Source: an uncultured Robbsia sp.
GTDB lineage: Bacteria > Pseudomonadota > Gammaproteobacteria > Burkholderiales > Burkholderiaceae
DNA length: 45,464 nucleotides
NCBI GenBank assembly: GCA_963922375.1
Contig: CAWUJR010000001.1
Location: 1 to 45,464 of the forward strand
Direction: 5' to 3'
In this document: piece by piece, positions 26,293 to 35,814 of the stretch
Layout of the letters: each line of letters begins with the position of its first letter
Position numbering within the stretch: position 1 is the stretch's first letter
Notes under the pieces: model-generated
Told to the model about the DNA's origin: nothing
What the model saw: the letters and a program-made list of their open reading frames with translations, nothing else
The model's database searches: none
Translations under genes and position numbers: made by a program

Positions 26293-26700
26293 ATGGCAAG
26301 ACAACCAGCAGCATCCGATTTTGAGGTCGATGTTAAAGACATCGGCCGTTTTACTTTTGCACGCCGCTCGATCTACGACGCGACCAAGATTCGCGGTCGC
26401 TATGCCGCCATTTCGTGCGGCAACTATGACGAGCATGGGCACGCCGCCGATATGGTGGCGCTCGCCATGGCGACGATCGAGGTCCTGGCCGTGAACGTCC
26501 CGCCAAGCTTCAATCTGAACCCCGATCCGCTGCTCTCAGATGATTGGGACCAGGCCTTTATCCTCGTTTTCGCAATGCTGCGCGAAAAGGAGCGCTCGTT
26601 TCGACCAAAACTTCCGGTCGAACGTGAAAAGGCAGGGCAAGGAGATGGCGAACTCCTACCGGCTGTGGTTCCGGGACAAGTACCAGCTGGCGCCAACTGA
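26293..26700 (+). CDS. Tail assembly chaperone (G-like)
   Basis: Between tube and tape measure; contains ..ERSFR at a candidate shift site. Confidence 0.75.
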   Translation: MARQPAASDFEVDVKDIGRFTFARRSIYDATKIRGRYAAISCGNYDEHGHAADMVALAMATIEVLAVNVPPSFNLNPDPLLSDDWDQAFILVFAMLREKERSFRPKLPVEREKAGQGDGELLPAVVPGQVPAGAN

Positions 26701-26998
26701 CCCACGGTATCTTGCCGCCACGGACGAAATGATCCAGTCCGAGTACTGGGCATATTGGTACGAAAAAAACCCGAGGGTCGAAGAATTCGAAGATACGGAG
26801 TTCGATCAAAGCGCTTATCTGCGCGAAATCGAGCAGCGCGCCGAGGAAGCAGCTGAGGCTGCTCGCATCTCCGGCGCTGCCGGTGCGCAAGCAGCGCTTG
26901 CCGAAAAGGGACGCCCCGAAGAAAACGCAGCAATCGATTTGGTGGGTGTTTCGGTCGATGCGTCTGGAGTCGGAGATTGGGAAGAAATCGACGTGTAG
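26600..26998 (+). CDS. Tail assembly chaperone extension (T-like), +1 frame
   Basis: Open +1 frame overlapping the G-like gene, with LWFR.KY.L.PTDPRY. Reached by frameshift or from ATG 26645. Confidence 0.7.
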   Translation, partial: FDQNFRSNVKRQGKEMANSYRLWFRDKYQLAPTDPRYLAATDEMIQSEYWAYWYEKNPRVEEFEDTEFDQSAYLREIEQRAEEAAEAARISGAAGAQAALAEKGRPEENAAIDLVGVSVDASGVGDWEEIDV

Positions 26999-27008
26999 TT
27001 GACGATTT

Positions 27009-27024
27009 GTCGTGACGCCACCAT
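27009..27024 (+). promoter_or_regulatory. Putative late promoter element (tape measure operon)
   Basis: GTCGTGA-CGC-CACCAT; +1 is A27031. Confidence 0.8.
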
Positions 27025-27060
27025 GGGTTCATCAGGGACGCGTGGACTCAGGGGGCGGGA

Positions 27061-30021
27061 TTGTCGTCGAACATAAAAATTGGGGTAGCGGGCGACGCCG
27101 GCGCGGCGAAGGCCGCCGTCTCGTCAATGACGGGTGCAATCAACGATCTGGCGAAGTCCGTCGCTGCCGCAAACCGCGTTCCCTTTAAGGCTCCCGGCAT
27201 CGAGGAGGCATCGCGAGACCTTGCGAAATTGCAGGCGCAATTTGCCCAGACGCTCGCCGCTTCCCGAACCCTTCAGAACGCGCTTCAACAGTCCGGCCAA
27301 AACGGCCAGCGTGGTATCGCCAACGTCAACTGGGGGGCTATTCCGCAGAGCATTCGCGATCAAGCATTCGGGCTTTCCGCACGCGGCACGGCCTGGCAAA
27401 CCAATTTCCCTATGCCCGCGACACCCGCTGGCGGATCTGGCGGAAGCGGCGGTAATGGAATCGGTGGTGGTGGGGCAAGCGGTAGCAGCAACAATTCCCG
27501 CCCTTCGCTTGGGGAACGCACTGCCGCTCTCGGTGCGCGCACGGCAGGCGCTTTTGCCGGCGGAATCGGCGGCCCGATCGGGCAAGTTACCAGCGAAGCC
27601 ATTTCCGGCGCGGGCGTCGGCGCAGCGGAGGGCGGCGGTCTCTTCGGCGGGTCGCTAGGCCTCCTGAAAGGGGCTGGTATCGGGCTGATGCTCGCGGGGC
27701 TCGCCAAGGCTGGCCAGATGGCCGCACAAGGCTACGACATGGCAAAGGACCGCGATGTTGATGCTGATTCCTTGAAGCGCCAGATGGGTGATTTGGGCAT
27801 ATCTTTTCAAGCGCTCACTGCGATGTCCGAGGCAGCCTCTGAGGCGATGGGGGTCAACGCAGCCCAGTTCGTTCGTCTCGAGCAGCAGATGGAAGCATCG
27901 GCACACGGCGCATACCGCAATGCCGAATCGCTTGGCGGGGGCACGCGAGACGCCGTGGGGTTCGCCCGCGCATACGGCGTGGACCCCTCACAGTCTGTGT
28001 CCTTCTTCGGCTCCATGAAAAACCTGGACCCGAAGCAGAACAACCGCGAGCTTGCAGTGATGATCGCCGACGCGATCGCGCGCGGGGGCGGTCGGGCGCT
28101 GGCTCCAGATGTGATGGCGGCTGTGCAATCTCTCAGCTCGGCCTCGGCTCGCCTTAGTCTTTCCTCCCCGAATAGCGGGGCATTCTCGGCGTCCTACGCG
28201 TCGTTGTTGGCACGAAACGGCGTGGGTATGACCCCGGACAATGCTCTGGGCATCCTTTCAACGGCGAACAACTCAGTCTCGCGCATGGGGTCAGCCGGCG
28301 AAGCGGGCATGAACTTCATCCTTTCGGCACTCAACCGGGAGGGCGGTGCGACGCTCAACCCTGTTGAAGCGCAAGCATTGGCAGAGGGTGGCCTGTTTGG
28401 CACGCGAAAAAGCGTGTTTTCCGGTCAGGCGATGCAGCGGTATTTCGGCGCAGATAAGCTCAGCGCGTTGACGTCCGGCCCGGGTGCCAACGTGCGCACC
28501 GTCGACGCCATCATGGAGCAATTGCACAACTCGTACGGTGGCAACAAATGGATGGAACTGGACGCGGCAAAGAACCTGTTCGGGTTTCAGTCTTACTCGG
28601 CTACCGCTGCGTTTATGACGATGGGCTCGGGTCAACGCAGTGGCCTCCTCGATCTGCTGTCCAAGGCAGGTGTTGATCCCACCAAGGTGAACACCAGCGG
28701 GCTTGCGACACTGGGGCAGATTTCCGGCGCGGGCTCCATGAAAGACCTGCGCGGTATTTTCTCCGAGCTTAGTGCACGCACCGGCGATGGTGCATTGACG
28801 TTCGACGAGCGCGACCGCCTGGGTAAACTTTCAAGCGGAAACGATACGCAGGCGTTCCGCGTCGCGCTCGCCCAGGTGATGGCGTCGAAGAACCAGGAAG
28901 ACACGACCGGCTCCGATATTCGCAAAGGCAACGCATCACTTGAAAATATCCAGATAGCGGTGGGTGAGAAGCTCGTCCCTGCCATGAACGATGCGCGCGA
29001 CGCGCTGCTGTCCATCGCAGGAACTGGTGGTAAGTCTGCGACGCCAGAAGATCTTCACCAACGCGCGCTCCTCGCAGAATCGGCCAATGCGCAGACACAA
29101 ATCTCAGGCGATCGGAAATTCGCGCTGACGCCGTATGACGAGCAGTTAGCCAAGCTCCAAGAGCAGCGCCGCATGATCGGCCCGGTAGCCGGGGACAATT
29201 CGCAGTCGCCTATCCTCTTGCGCGCGGCAGGCTCGCTTTTCGAGAACACCGACCCCAGCGCCGTGAGAAATGCACATGCCTTGGACAGTCAGATCGCCGC
29301 TATTCAAGCGCAGCGCGCCACCATCGCATCGGGGTTCGACACGAAGCTAAACGCCGAGCAGGGTGACAAGGCATCTCGGCTCGCCTATCTATCCCAACTT
29401 GAGCGCGATAACAGCCTTCCACCTGGGCTTCTCTCGGGCATTTGGATGGAGGAGTCGTCCCAGGGGATTCCGTCCCAACTCAAGCGCAACGCCGCGGGCG
29501 CAGAGGGTAATTTCGGACAGTTGGACGACACCGTCGCGCGATACGGCGTTCGCCGCGGCAGCTTTACGTCCGAGGCCGCGGGGGCCGCCGCACAAATGCG
29601 GCATCTCATCGACGTTGAGCACGGCAATCTGAAGAAGGCGTTATTCGACTATAACGGCGTGAAACACAACATCGCTGCAGGTGACAAGTACTACGGCGAC
29701 GTGATGAAAAGCATTGATGCTTCTGGAGGTCTTTTGGACGATCCAAGCATCACCGACACAAGCGTAGCGCCTGCGACCGGCAACGCGTCGAGGGATCCAC
29801 AATTTCTCGATCCTCAGATCATTGATACAAAGACGCCGACCGATCACCGCGGGTCGCCAGCCGCGGCCGGGGGCGCAGGTACCGACAGCAACCTCAACGT
29901 GAATATCAGTCTGAATTCGCAAATTAGCGCTCCGGGCGGAACCACCTCGAAGAGCGTTGCTACGTCGATCTCGATGCCGCGCGCCTCCGGACGCGACCAA
30001 AGCGTCACACTTCTCGGTTAA
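27061..30021 (+). CDS. Tape measure protein with a C-terminal lytic transglycosylase (SLT) domain
   Basis: 986 aa, A/G-rich; LPPGLL.GIW.EESS..AGA.G.FGQ..ARYGV..GNLKKAL..YNG near 29390-29720. Confidence 0.85.
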   Translation: MSSNIKIGVAGDAGAAKAAVSSMTGAINDLAKSVAAANRVPFKAPGIEEASRDLAKLQAQFAQTLAASRTLQNALQQSGQNGQRGIANVNWGAIPQSIRDQAFGLSARGTAWQTNFPMPATPAGGSGGSGGNGIGGGGASGSSNNSRPSLGERTAALGARTAGAFAGGIGGPIGQVTSEAISGAGVGAAEGGGLFGGSLGLLKGAGIGLMLAGLAKAGQMAAQGYDMAKDRDVDADSLKRQMGDLGISFQALTAMSEAASEAMGVNAAQFVRLEQQMEASAHGAYRNAESLGGGTRDAVGFARAYGVDPSQSVSFFGSMKNLDPKQNNRELAVMIADAIARGGGRALAPDVMAAVQSLSSASARLSLSSPNSGAFSASYASLLARNGVGMTPDNALGILSTANNSVSRMGSAGEAGMNFILSALNREGGATLNPVEAQALAEGGLFGTRKSVFSGQAMQRYFGADKLSALTSGPGANVRTVDAIMEQLHNSYGGNKWMELDAAKNLFGFQSYSATAAFMTMGSGQRSGLLDLLSKAGVDPTKVNTSGLATLGQISGAGSMKDLRGIFSELSARTGDGALTFDERDRLGKLSSGNDTQAFRVALAQVMASKNQEDTTGSDIRKGNASLENIQIAVGEKLVPAMNDARDALLSIAGTGGKSATPEDLHQRALLAESANAQTQISGDRKFALTPYDEQLAKLQEQRRMIGPVAGDNSQSPILLRAAGSLFENTDPSAVRNAHALDSQIAAIQAQRATIASGFDTKLNAEQGDKASRLAYLSQLERDNSLPPGLLSGIWMEESSQGIPSQLKRNAAGAEGNFGQLDDTVARYGVRRGSFTSEAAGAAAQMRHLIDVEHGNLKKALFDYNGVKHNIAAGDKYYGDVMKSIDASGGLLDDPSITDTSVAPATGNASRDPQFLDPQIIDTKTPTDHRGSPAAAGGAGTDSNLNVNISLNSQISAPGGTTSKSVATSISMPRASGRDQSVTLLG

Positions 30022-30025
30022 AACA

Positions 30026-31495
30026 ATGGCCATAGATATCCGCAAACCGGGCGTACAGCTTCTGCTGCGTAAGAATGTGGGCAGGTCCACAGCCTCCGGA
30101 TCGACGCCCGTGTCGTCCTCGTACGCGAGCCAGAGCTCGGTCGTTGATCTGACGCCTTACCTGACCGAAAGATCGTCAATCAGGGTGCGCAAATCGATCC
30201 GAGAGATGACTGGCACATTCGCGATAACCTTGGGCGACAAGGTCGATACCGACACGCTCGACAGCATCTATTCGTCGATCGAGCCGATGGACACGATCGA
30301 AATCCGTATTTCCCGCGTCGGCTATGTGACGAGCGGGGCCAACTACCCCATTCTGATGCGGGGGTTTGTTTCCCAGGTCCAGGTGATGGAGGGCATGGCC
30401 GCCGATGGGCGGCCCACGCGCCAAGTCATGTTGAACGGCCACGATTACGGGAAAATCTTGGAAATACTGCAGATTTTCTTGATGCCCAACGCGCCGGCCG
30501 ACGCGTCGGCAATGATCACGAGCTTCCCTTTCTTCACAAAGTTCGGCCTATTCGCCAACGTGCAAAGCGCGGCCGACTTCACGCAGGCCGTCTTCGACAG
30601 TGTCGTGAACCCCTATCTGCAGACCATGCAGAAAGGCTCCCCCAGCTCCGCGGCAGTGATGGCCATTTCGACGGACATCAAGATCACCGGTGCGCAAGTA
30701 TCGCCGTTCGGTATCGGGACATTCAACGGCGGCACGGTCGCCGACCTGATCAAGTCCTATAGCGACATCGGCCCCTGGAATGAATTTTTCATCGAGGACC
30801 GGGAATCCGGCCCCTACGCCGTCTACCGTCCTAACCCGTTCATTGACCCAGTCTCACACGATCTGATCATGAGCGAGGCGACCATGCCGACGGTGATCGA
30901 TATCGACCGACGCGACGTCGTGAGCATGACGCTTGCGCGCACCGACGCCAACGTCGCGAACTATTACTGGGTGGACTGCCCGCGCTTCCTGCTCAATTAC
31001 GGATCGCTCTCGAAGGCTCTCGCCTACGAGCAGGCGAATATGTACGTGACGAACTATGGGAACGTGAACCCGAACCTTTATGGCGTGCGCCGAATGACGG
31101 ACACCAGCCAGCAGGCAAACATCACCGAGACCGATAACGGCAACGGCACTCCCGTCGGTACCGATCGGACGACGAACCGGAGCGCAGCGCTCGATTGGAT
31201 CAACACCCGCCGCGAGCAGCTCTACGACCAGAACAAGGACAACGTGGTGCTGGAGTCTGGATCCGCGCGCCTGAAGGGTAACGAAACCATCCGCGCTGGC
31301 ACCTATCTGCGTTATTCGCACGGGAACATGAAGTCTTACCTGTACGTGACGGAGGCGACGTACGACTTGATTCCGTTCGGGAATTTCTTCACGGAAGTGA
31401 CGATCGAGCGCGGTACCGGATTCATCGATCGCATCACGGCGGCTGCTGGCTCCCAAGCGCCGTATTACGCAGATAACGCATGGAGTAACACCTGA
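30026..31495 (+). CDS. Baseplate hub protein (putative)
   Basis: After tape measure; MRGFVS.V, GHDYGKIL, PWNEFFIED and G...L.GNE.IRAG motifs. Confidence 0.72.
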   Translation: MAIDIRKPGVQLLLRKNVGRSTASGSTPVSSSYASQSSVVDLTPYLTERSSIRVRKSIREMTGTFAITLGDKVDTDTLDSIYSSIEPMDTIEIRISRVGYVTSGANYPILMRGFVSQVQVMEGMAADGRPTRQVMLNGHDYGKILEILQIFLMPNAPADASAMITSFPFFTKFGLFANVQSAADFTQAVFDSVVNPYLQTMQKGSPSSAAVMAISTDIKITGAQVSPFGIGTFNGGTVADLIKSYSDIGPWNEFFIEDRESGPYAVYRPNPFIDPVSHDLIMSEATMPTVIDIDRRDVVSMTLARTDANVANYYWVDCPRFLLNYGSLSKALAYEQANMYVTNYGNVNPNLYGVRRMTDTSQQANITETDNGNGTPVGTDRTTNRSAALDWINTRREQLYDQNKDNVVLESGSARLKGNETIRAGTYLRYSHGNMKSYLYVTEATYDLIPFGNFFTEVTIERGTGFIDRITAAAGSQAPYYADNAWSNT

Positions 31496-32436
31496 TGTAT
31501 CTTGATGTCGGTACCGTCGTTGGTTCCTACCTTTCGGGAATGTCCGTCGATGTCTTAACGGACGATGGCAGTCGCCTCGCTAACGTCCAGGTAATGGGGG
31601 CGGCCAGCAGCGATCAAACGGGCACGCTCGAGCTCCCGGACGTGGGTGGCCCACTGGATGACACCCGTTGGTCACATACCGCCACTTTTACGCGAAATGT
31701 GCGCGCGGTCATCAGCTATTTGCATCGGGTACCGGTCTGCATTGGCTTTCTTTTCCCGCAAGAAACGCAAATGACGTTCTCCGATAAGAACCGACGGATA
31801 ACGCGTCATGCGTCTGATGTCTACACGTCGGTCGACGACTCTGGGAATTTCGAGCTTTTCCACCCGTCAGGCACCTACCTGCGAATCGGGTCGTCCCCAT
31901 CGCACGAAGACCTGACAGGGACCGACGTCGACAAACTCTGGAAGATCGCCCGCAATACGACTGCGGCGCCTTACGTGCACTTGGGCGTCTATAACGCTGG
32001 CGCCTCCGTATCAAGCCTTGAGTTTGATCCGAGTGGCAACGTCGCGTTACAGGCCAATGCCAATGTCACCGCGGATGTTGGCGGCAATGTCACCGCGACC
32101 GTAAAGGGCAACGTCACGGCTACGATCACCGGTACGTTCGATGTGGTCGCAACGGGCTCGAGCACGCTCAAAAGTCCAACAGTCACGATCGATTCGCCTG
32201 AGACCACCTGCACCGGTGCACTCACCGTGCAAGGCGCGTTGACGTTCGAAGCAGGGGCTACCGGTCAGGCGGGCTCCGCTGGCGGCGCAGCAATCAAACT
32301 TACCGGTGCGATGGAGGTCGATGGCACCGTGACGAGCACCGGCGATCAAGTCGCAGGCAGTATCAGCCAGATTGGTCACTTGCACAGCGGTGTCCAATCG
32401 GGCAGCAGCAATTCGGGTGGCCCAGTCTCAACCTAA
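31495..32436 (+). CDS. Baseplate spike (P2 gpV-like)
   Basis: N-terminal OB-like region, V.GNVT beta-helix repeats, and the C-terminal H-x-H tip motif GHLHSGV. Confidence 0.85.
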   Translation: MYLDVGTVVGSYLSGMSVDVLTDDGSRLANVQVMGAASSDQTGTLELPDVGGPLDDTRWSHTATFTRNVRAVISYLHRVPVCIGFLFPQETQMTFSDKNRRITRHASDVYTSVDDSGNFELFHPSGTYLRIGSSPSHEDLTGTDVDKLWKIARNTTAAPYVHLGVYNAGASVSSLEFDPSGNVALQANANVTADVGGNVTATVKGNVTATITGTFDVVATGSSTLKSPTVTIDSPETTCTGALTVQGALTFEAGATGQAGSAGGAAIKLTGAMEVDGTVTSTGDQVAGSISQIGHLHSGVQSGSSNSGGPVST

Positions 32437-32672
32437 CGCCTGCGCCATCGCATATCGGTAGGCCATAGGAAAATTGGTATAGCAACGGCGATGATGATGT
32501 ATCCCAGCTCTGGCTTGGGTAACGCCCATGCCAAAAAAGCGCCAAACGCCAGCCAGGCAACGGCGCCCATGCGCCGTACTGCGCTCATCGGCGATGCCGA
32601 ATAATGTGCACCACAATGCCCGCACGCGGTCGCGCCCGGCAGGAGTTCGTTTCGACACGCTGGACACTGCAT
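32433..32672 (-). CDS. Zinc-ribbon plus two-TM membrane protein (moron)
   Basis: CPAC..CGHCG followed by two hydrophobic segments and RWRRR; AAGAGG RBS; antisense to the tail genes. Confidence 0.75.
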   Translation of the reverse strand: MQCPACRNELLPGATACGHCGAHYSASPMSAVRRMGAVAWLAFGAFLAWALPKPELGYIIIAVAIPIFLWPTDMRWRRR

Positions 32673-32749
32673 GCTGGCCTCTTTTTCTTGGTTTTAGACC
32701 CCCAAATTCAGGGGCACCGCAGTATAGATCAACAAATCGGACACAGGTG

Positions 32750-32765
32750 GTCGTGACGCCAACAT
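32750..32765 (+). promoter_or_regulatory. Putative late promoter element (baseplate operon), leaderless
   Basis: GTCGTGA-CGC-CAACAT-tgggtc-ATG. Confidence 0.82.
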
Positions 32766-32771
32766 TGGGTC

Positions 32772-33959
32772 ATGACGCTCTCGCTTTCCTCCCTCGAAGT
32801 CACGCCGCTGTCGAATCTGTTTTCGCCGGCGAGCCAGAAGGCGTCAAGCCGTCCGATCAGTTTTATGTTGGTCGACGGCACGCAGTCGATACCGACGGTC
32901 AACAGCCTGACGCTCAATATCCGACCCGAGGAGCTTACGCGCACCTCGGTCTCGCGAGCGACCGTGCAGCAAACCCTTGGGGGCGCCTGGTGCGACGACT
33001 TCGGCCCGGGCCTCGACCAAATCACCATTTCGGGTACGACGGGGTGGCGAGGGTCGACGGCAGCGGACGGGATGACCCTCTTCGCGAGTCTGAAGGCGCA
33101 AACCTATACCAGCTGGCACGACCTGCGAAACAAGGCTCGTGCCGCCGGCAAAGACCCAAATCTGGTCACGCTGACCTTGGCTGACACCCTCAACAGCACA
33201 ACGGACGTCGTTATCCCGCTGACGTTCACATTGCGCCGCTCACGCACGCGGCCGCTGCTCATGCAGTACCAGATTTCGATGGTAGCCACCGGCTTGCCGG
33301 TACCGGCCACCACCACGACCAGCGCGCTCGCATCAGCGTTGCAAAGTCTCGGGCTCACATCGCTTGCCAACTCGGTGACGGCCATCACCAGTGCGATCGC
33401 CACTGCAGCAGCCTGGGTAGCGACCAATATCGTCGCCCCCGTTCAGGCTTTTCTGACCACAGCTGCTCTCGCGTTTAACGCTGTCATCAGCGTAATCAAT
33501 GCCGGAACGTCGATCATCTCGAGCGTGCTGTCCACCGCTCAGGCGGTCGCACGCGCAGGCATGACGGCGTTGCAAACGTTGGCCACCATCGAATCTCTGC
33601 CGCAGGCGATCGCCGCCCAAGTGATGGACACTGCCTCCGAATTCTCGAACGTCTATTGCGTCCTCAAGAACGCGGTTTCCACCGCGAGCACTTATCCTGA
33701 TTACACGACGCTCTTTGGCTCGAGCAACTGTTCGTCGACCGCCGGCGGCGAGGCGGCCAGCACCTACACCACGTCGGACACCAATCCCTTCGTAGACGTG
33801 ATCGGCACGGCGAGTACGCCTCCGATTCAGGTGACCGCGACCGCCACCACGGCGCTTCAGGCCATCAATAACTCCGATCCAGTGCTGTCGCCGCTGTCGA
33901 CTACGACCCTCGGCACGAATCTCAGCCTGGTGAGCGCTGGCGTTACGGTGGCTTCATGA
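32772..33959 (+). CDS. Baseplate / tube-initiator protein (putative)
   Basis: L.IRPEEL..QQTLGGAW.DDFG.G..ITISGTTG and F.L.RS..RPLL.QY motifs. Confidence 0.65.
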   Translation: MTLSLSSLEVTPLSNLFSPASQKASSRPISFMLVDGTQSIPTVNSLTLNIRPEELTRTSVSRATVQQTLGGAWCDDFGPGLDQITISGTTGWRGSTAADGMTLFASLKAQTYTSWHDLRNKARAAGKDPNLVTLTLADTLNSTTDVVIPLTFTLRRSRTRPLLMQYQISMVATGLPVPATTTTSALASALQSLGLTSLANSVTAITSAIATAAAWVATNIVAPVQAFLTTAALAFNAVISVINAGTSIISSVLSTAQAVARAGMTALQTLATIESLPQAIAAQVMDTASEFSNVYCVLKNAVSTASTYPDYTTLFGSSNCSSTAGGEAASTYTTSDTNPFVDVIGTASTPPIQVTATATTALQAINNSDPVLSPLSTTTLGTNLSLVSAGVTVAS

Positions 33960-34576
33960 CGACGACCTTCGACACCGCGCTGAACGGCTACCGGTACGTT
34001 CTGACGAACCGCGGCGACTCTTTGCAGCGCCTCGCACTGCGAGAACTTGGCGACGCATCGCTGTGGACTACCATCCGCGCGATCAACAATCTGCAGCCGC
34101 CATACCTGACCGACGACGCGAGCGCGGCGAGCGACTACGTCATCCTGAATGGTGCCGACTATCTGATCGTACCAGCCACCACGGCATCGTCTACCAAAGC
34201 CGATCCGACCACTGTCTACGGGACGGATCTGCTGCTCGACTCAAATGGGCGGCTAAGCTTGAGCGGTAACGACTTTGCGGTTGTTTCCGGCGTTGCCAAT
34301 CTTAAGCAAGCGCTGACGAACGCCATCCAGACAGAGCAGGGCGAGCTGCTCTACCACCCGACGTATGGATCGCTCGTGCGGCGCATCCTCGGCGCCGTTA
34401 TCGGCCCGACAAAAACACTCCTTGCTGCCGAATACGCCAAGGCGCCGGTGGCGGCAGACCCTCGGATCAGCTCAATCACGAGCGCAACAGCAACGGCGAC
34501 CGGTACCGCCATCTCCGTCTCGGTCGAAGCCGAGACGATCGATGGCACGGACACCAGCGTCAGCACAGATATTTGA
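33956..34576 (+). CDS. LysM-like plus gp25/gpW-like baseplate protein
   Basis: GDSLQRLA.RELGDA..W..I..IN.L (LysM-like), then SG..NL.QAL..GEL.YHP.YGS..DPRI (gp25-like). Confidence 0.78.
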   Translation: MTTTFDTALNGYRYVLTNRGDSLQRLALRELGDASLWTTIRAINNLQPPYLTDDASAASDYVILNGADYLIVPATTASSTKADPTTVYGTDLLLDSNGRLSLSGNDFAVVSGVANLKQALTNAIQTEQGELLYHPTYGSLVRRILGAVIGPTKTLLAAEYAKAPVAADPRISSITSATATATGTAISVSVEAETIDGTDTSVSTDI

Positions 34577-34584
34577 GGTAACGC

Positions 34585-35814
34585 GTGGCTAGTTTTCAGT
34601 TGAAATCGTTTGTGGCCGTGGCTGCATCGATGATAAACCGCATGAAGGCGACCCAAACGACGCTGACCGACTTCAACGTTGGAGCGATCGCCCGGACTCT
34701 GGTCGAAGCGCCGGCAATCGAGATTGAAGAACTGTATCAACAGGCTTTCAATATGGTCACGGCGGCCATTCCCGTATCCGTGTTCAATTCGTTCAATTTT
34801 GCTGCGATCGCGGCCGCCGGCGCGTCAGGGACGGTCCGTGTCTCCATCACCGCACAATCGTCCGACACCCTGATCTCTGCCGGGACAACGTTCTCATCAA
34901 CCGCGACGAGTACGGTCTTCTCGTCTCAAAGCGACGCGACGATCGCTGCCGGCGCGACGTATGTTGACGTGAGCGTGACAGCAACGACGACGGGCACCAC
35001 GACAAACATTGCGGCAGGTGCTTCGTTCACTATGACGCCATCGCCCAATGGCTACGTCAGCGCCTCAAACGTCTCTGCTTTCGTCAATGGGCGTGACGCC
35101 GAGTCGGACGCCGATCGCTTGATTCGCTTCAATTCTTACATCGTTACGCTCTCGCGCGCGACAGTCAATGCCATCGAATACGGCCTATCCACCGTGACCG
35201 TTTCGGACAGTGCTGGGAATGTCACCGAGCAAGTGAAGCTATACAAGGTCGTCGAGCCTTACCTGACGGACGCCACTCAGCCGATTGCGCAGGTCAATGC
35301 CTATATCCATAACGGAGTGGGCTCGACATCGAGTGCGCTGCTGACCCAGGCTTCTAAGGTCATTGCAGGGTACACGAACAGCACAGGCACCAAAGTAGCG
35401 GGTTACAAGGCCGCCGGCGTGCCCGTGACGCTGTATCTCGCCACAGAAGTGCCGCTCGCTGTCACCGGCACGATCGAGCTCGAGGACGATGACACCTACG
35501 ATTTCGATACCGTGATGGAGGACGTAGAGACCGCAATCTATACTTACCTTCAGGATCTCGATATCAATGCCAGCGCCATCAATTCGGAAATGGTCGCGCT
35601 GGCGAAGGCCGTCGATGGTGTCTACGACTTCAAGCTGACCAGCCCAACGGACAACACTGCTGTTAGCGTCGGCGAAAAGATCATGCCCGGCACGCTCACC
35701 TTCACCCAGGTAGCAAATAGCAGCGACACCACGACTGCCGTCGCGGCCACGACGACGACCAGCACGACCACCGACGCCAGCACGGCCACTTCATCGACGG
35801 GGGCAACGTCTTGA
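34585..35814 (+). CDS. Baseplate J-like wedge protein
   Basis: TDFNVGAIARTLVEA.A.E.E, NG.D.ESD..R..RF, YKAAG and VDGVYD motifs. Confidence 0.87.
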   Translation: MASFQLKSFVAVAASMINRMKATQTTLTDFNVGAIARTLVEAPAIEIEELYQQAFNMVTAAIPVSVFNSFNFAAIAAAGASGTVRVSITAQSSDTLISAGTTFSSTATSTVFSSQSDATIAAGATYVDVSVTATTTGTTTNIAAGASFTMTPSPNGYVSASNVSAFVNGRDAESDADRLIRFNSYIVTLSRATVNAIEYGLSTVTVSDSAGNVTEQVKLYKVVEPYLTDATQPIAQVNAYIHNGVGSTSSALLTQASKVIAGYTNSTGTKVAGYKAAGVPVTLYLATEVPLAVTGTIELEDDDTYDFDTVMEDVETAIYTYLQDLDINASAINSEMVALAKAVDGVYDFKLTSPTDNTAVSVGEKIMPGTLTFTQVANSSDTTTAVAATTTTSTTTDASTATSSTGATS

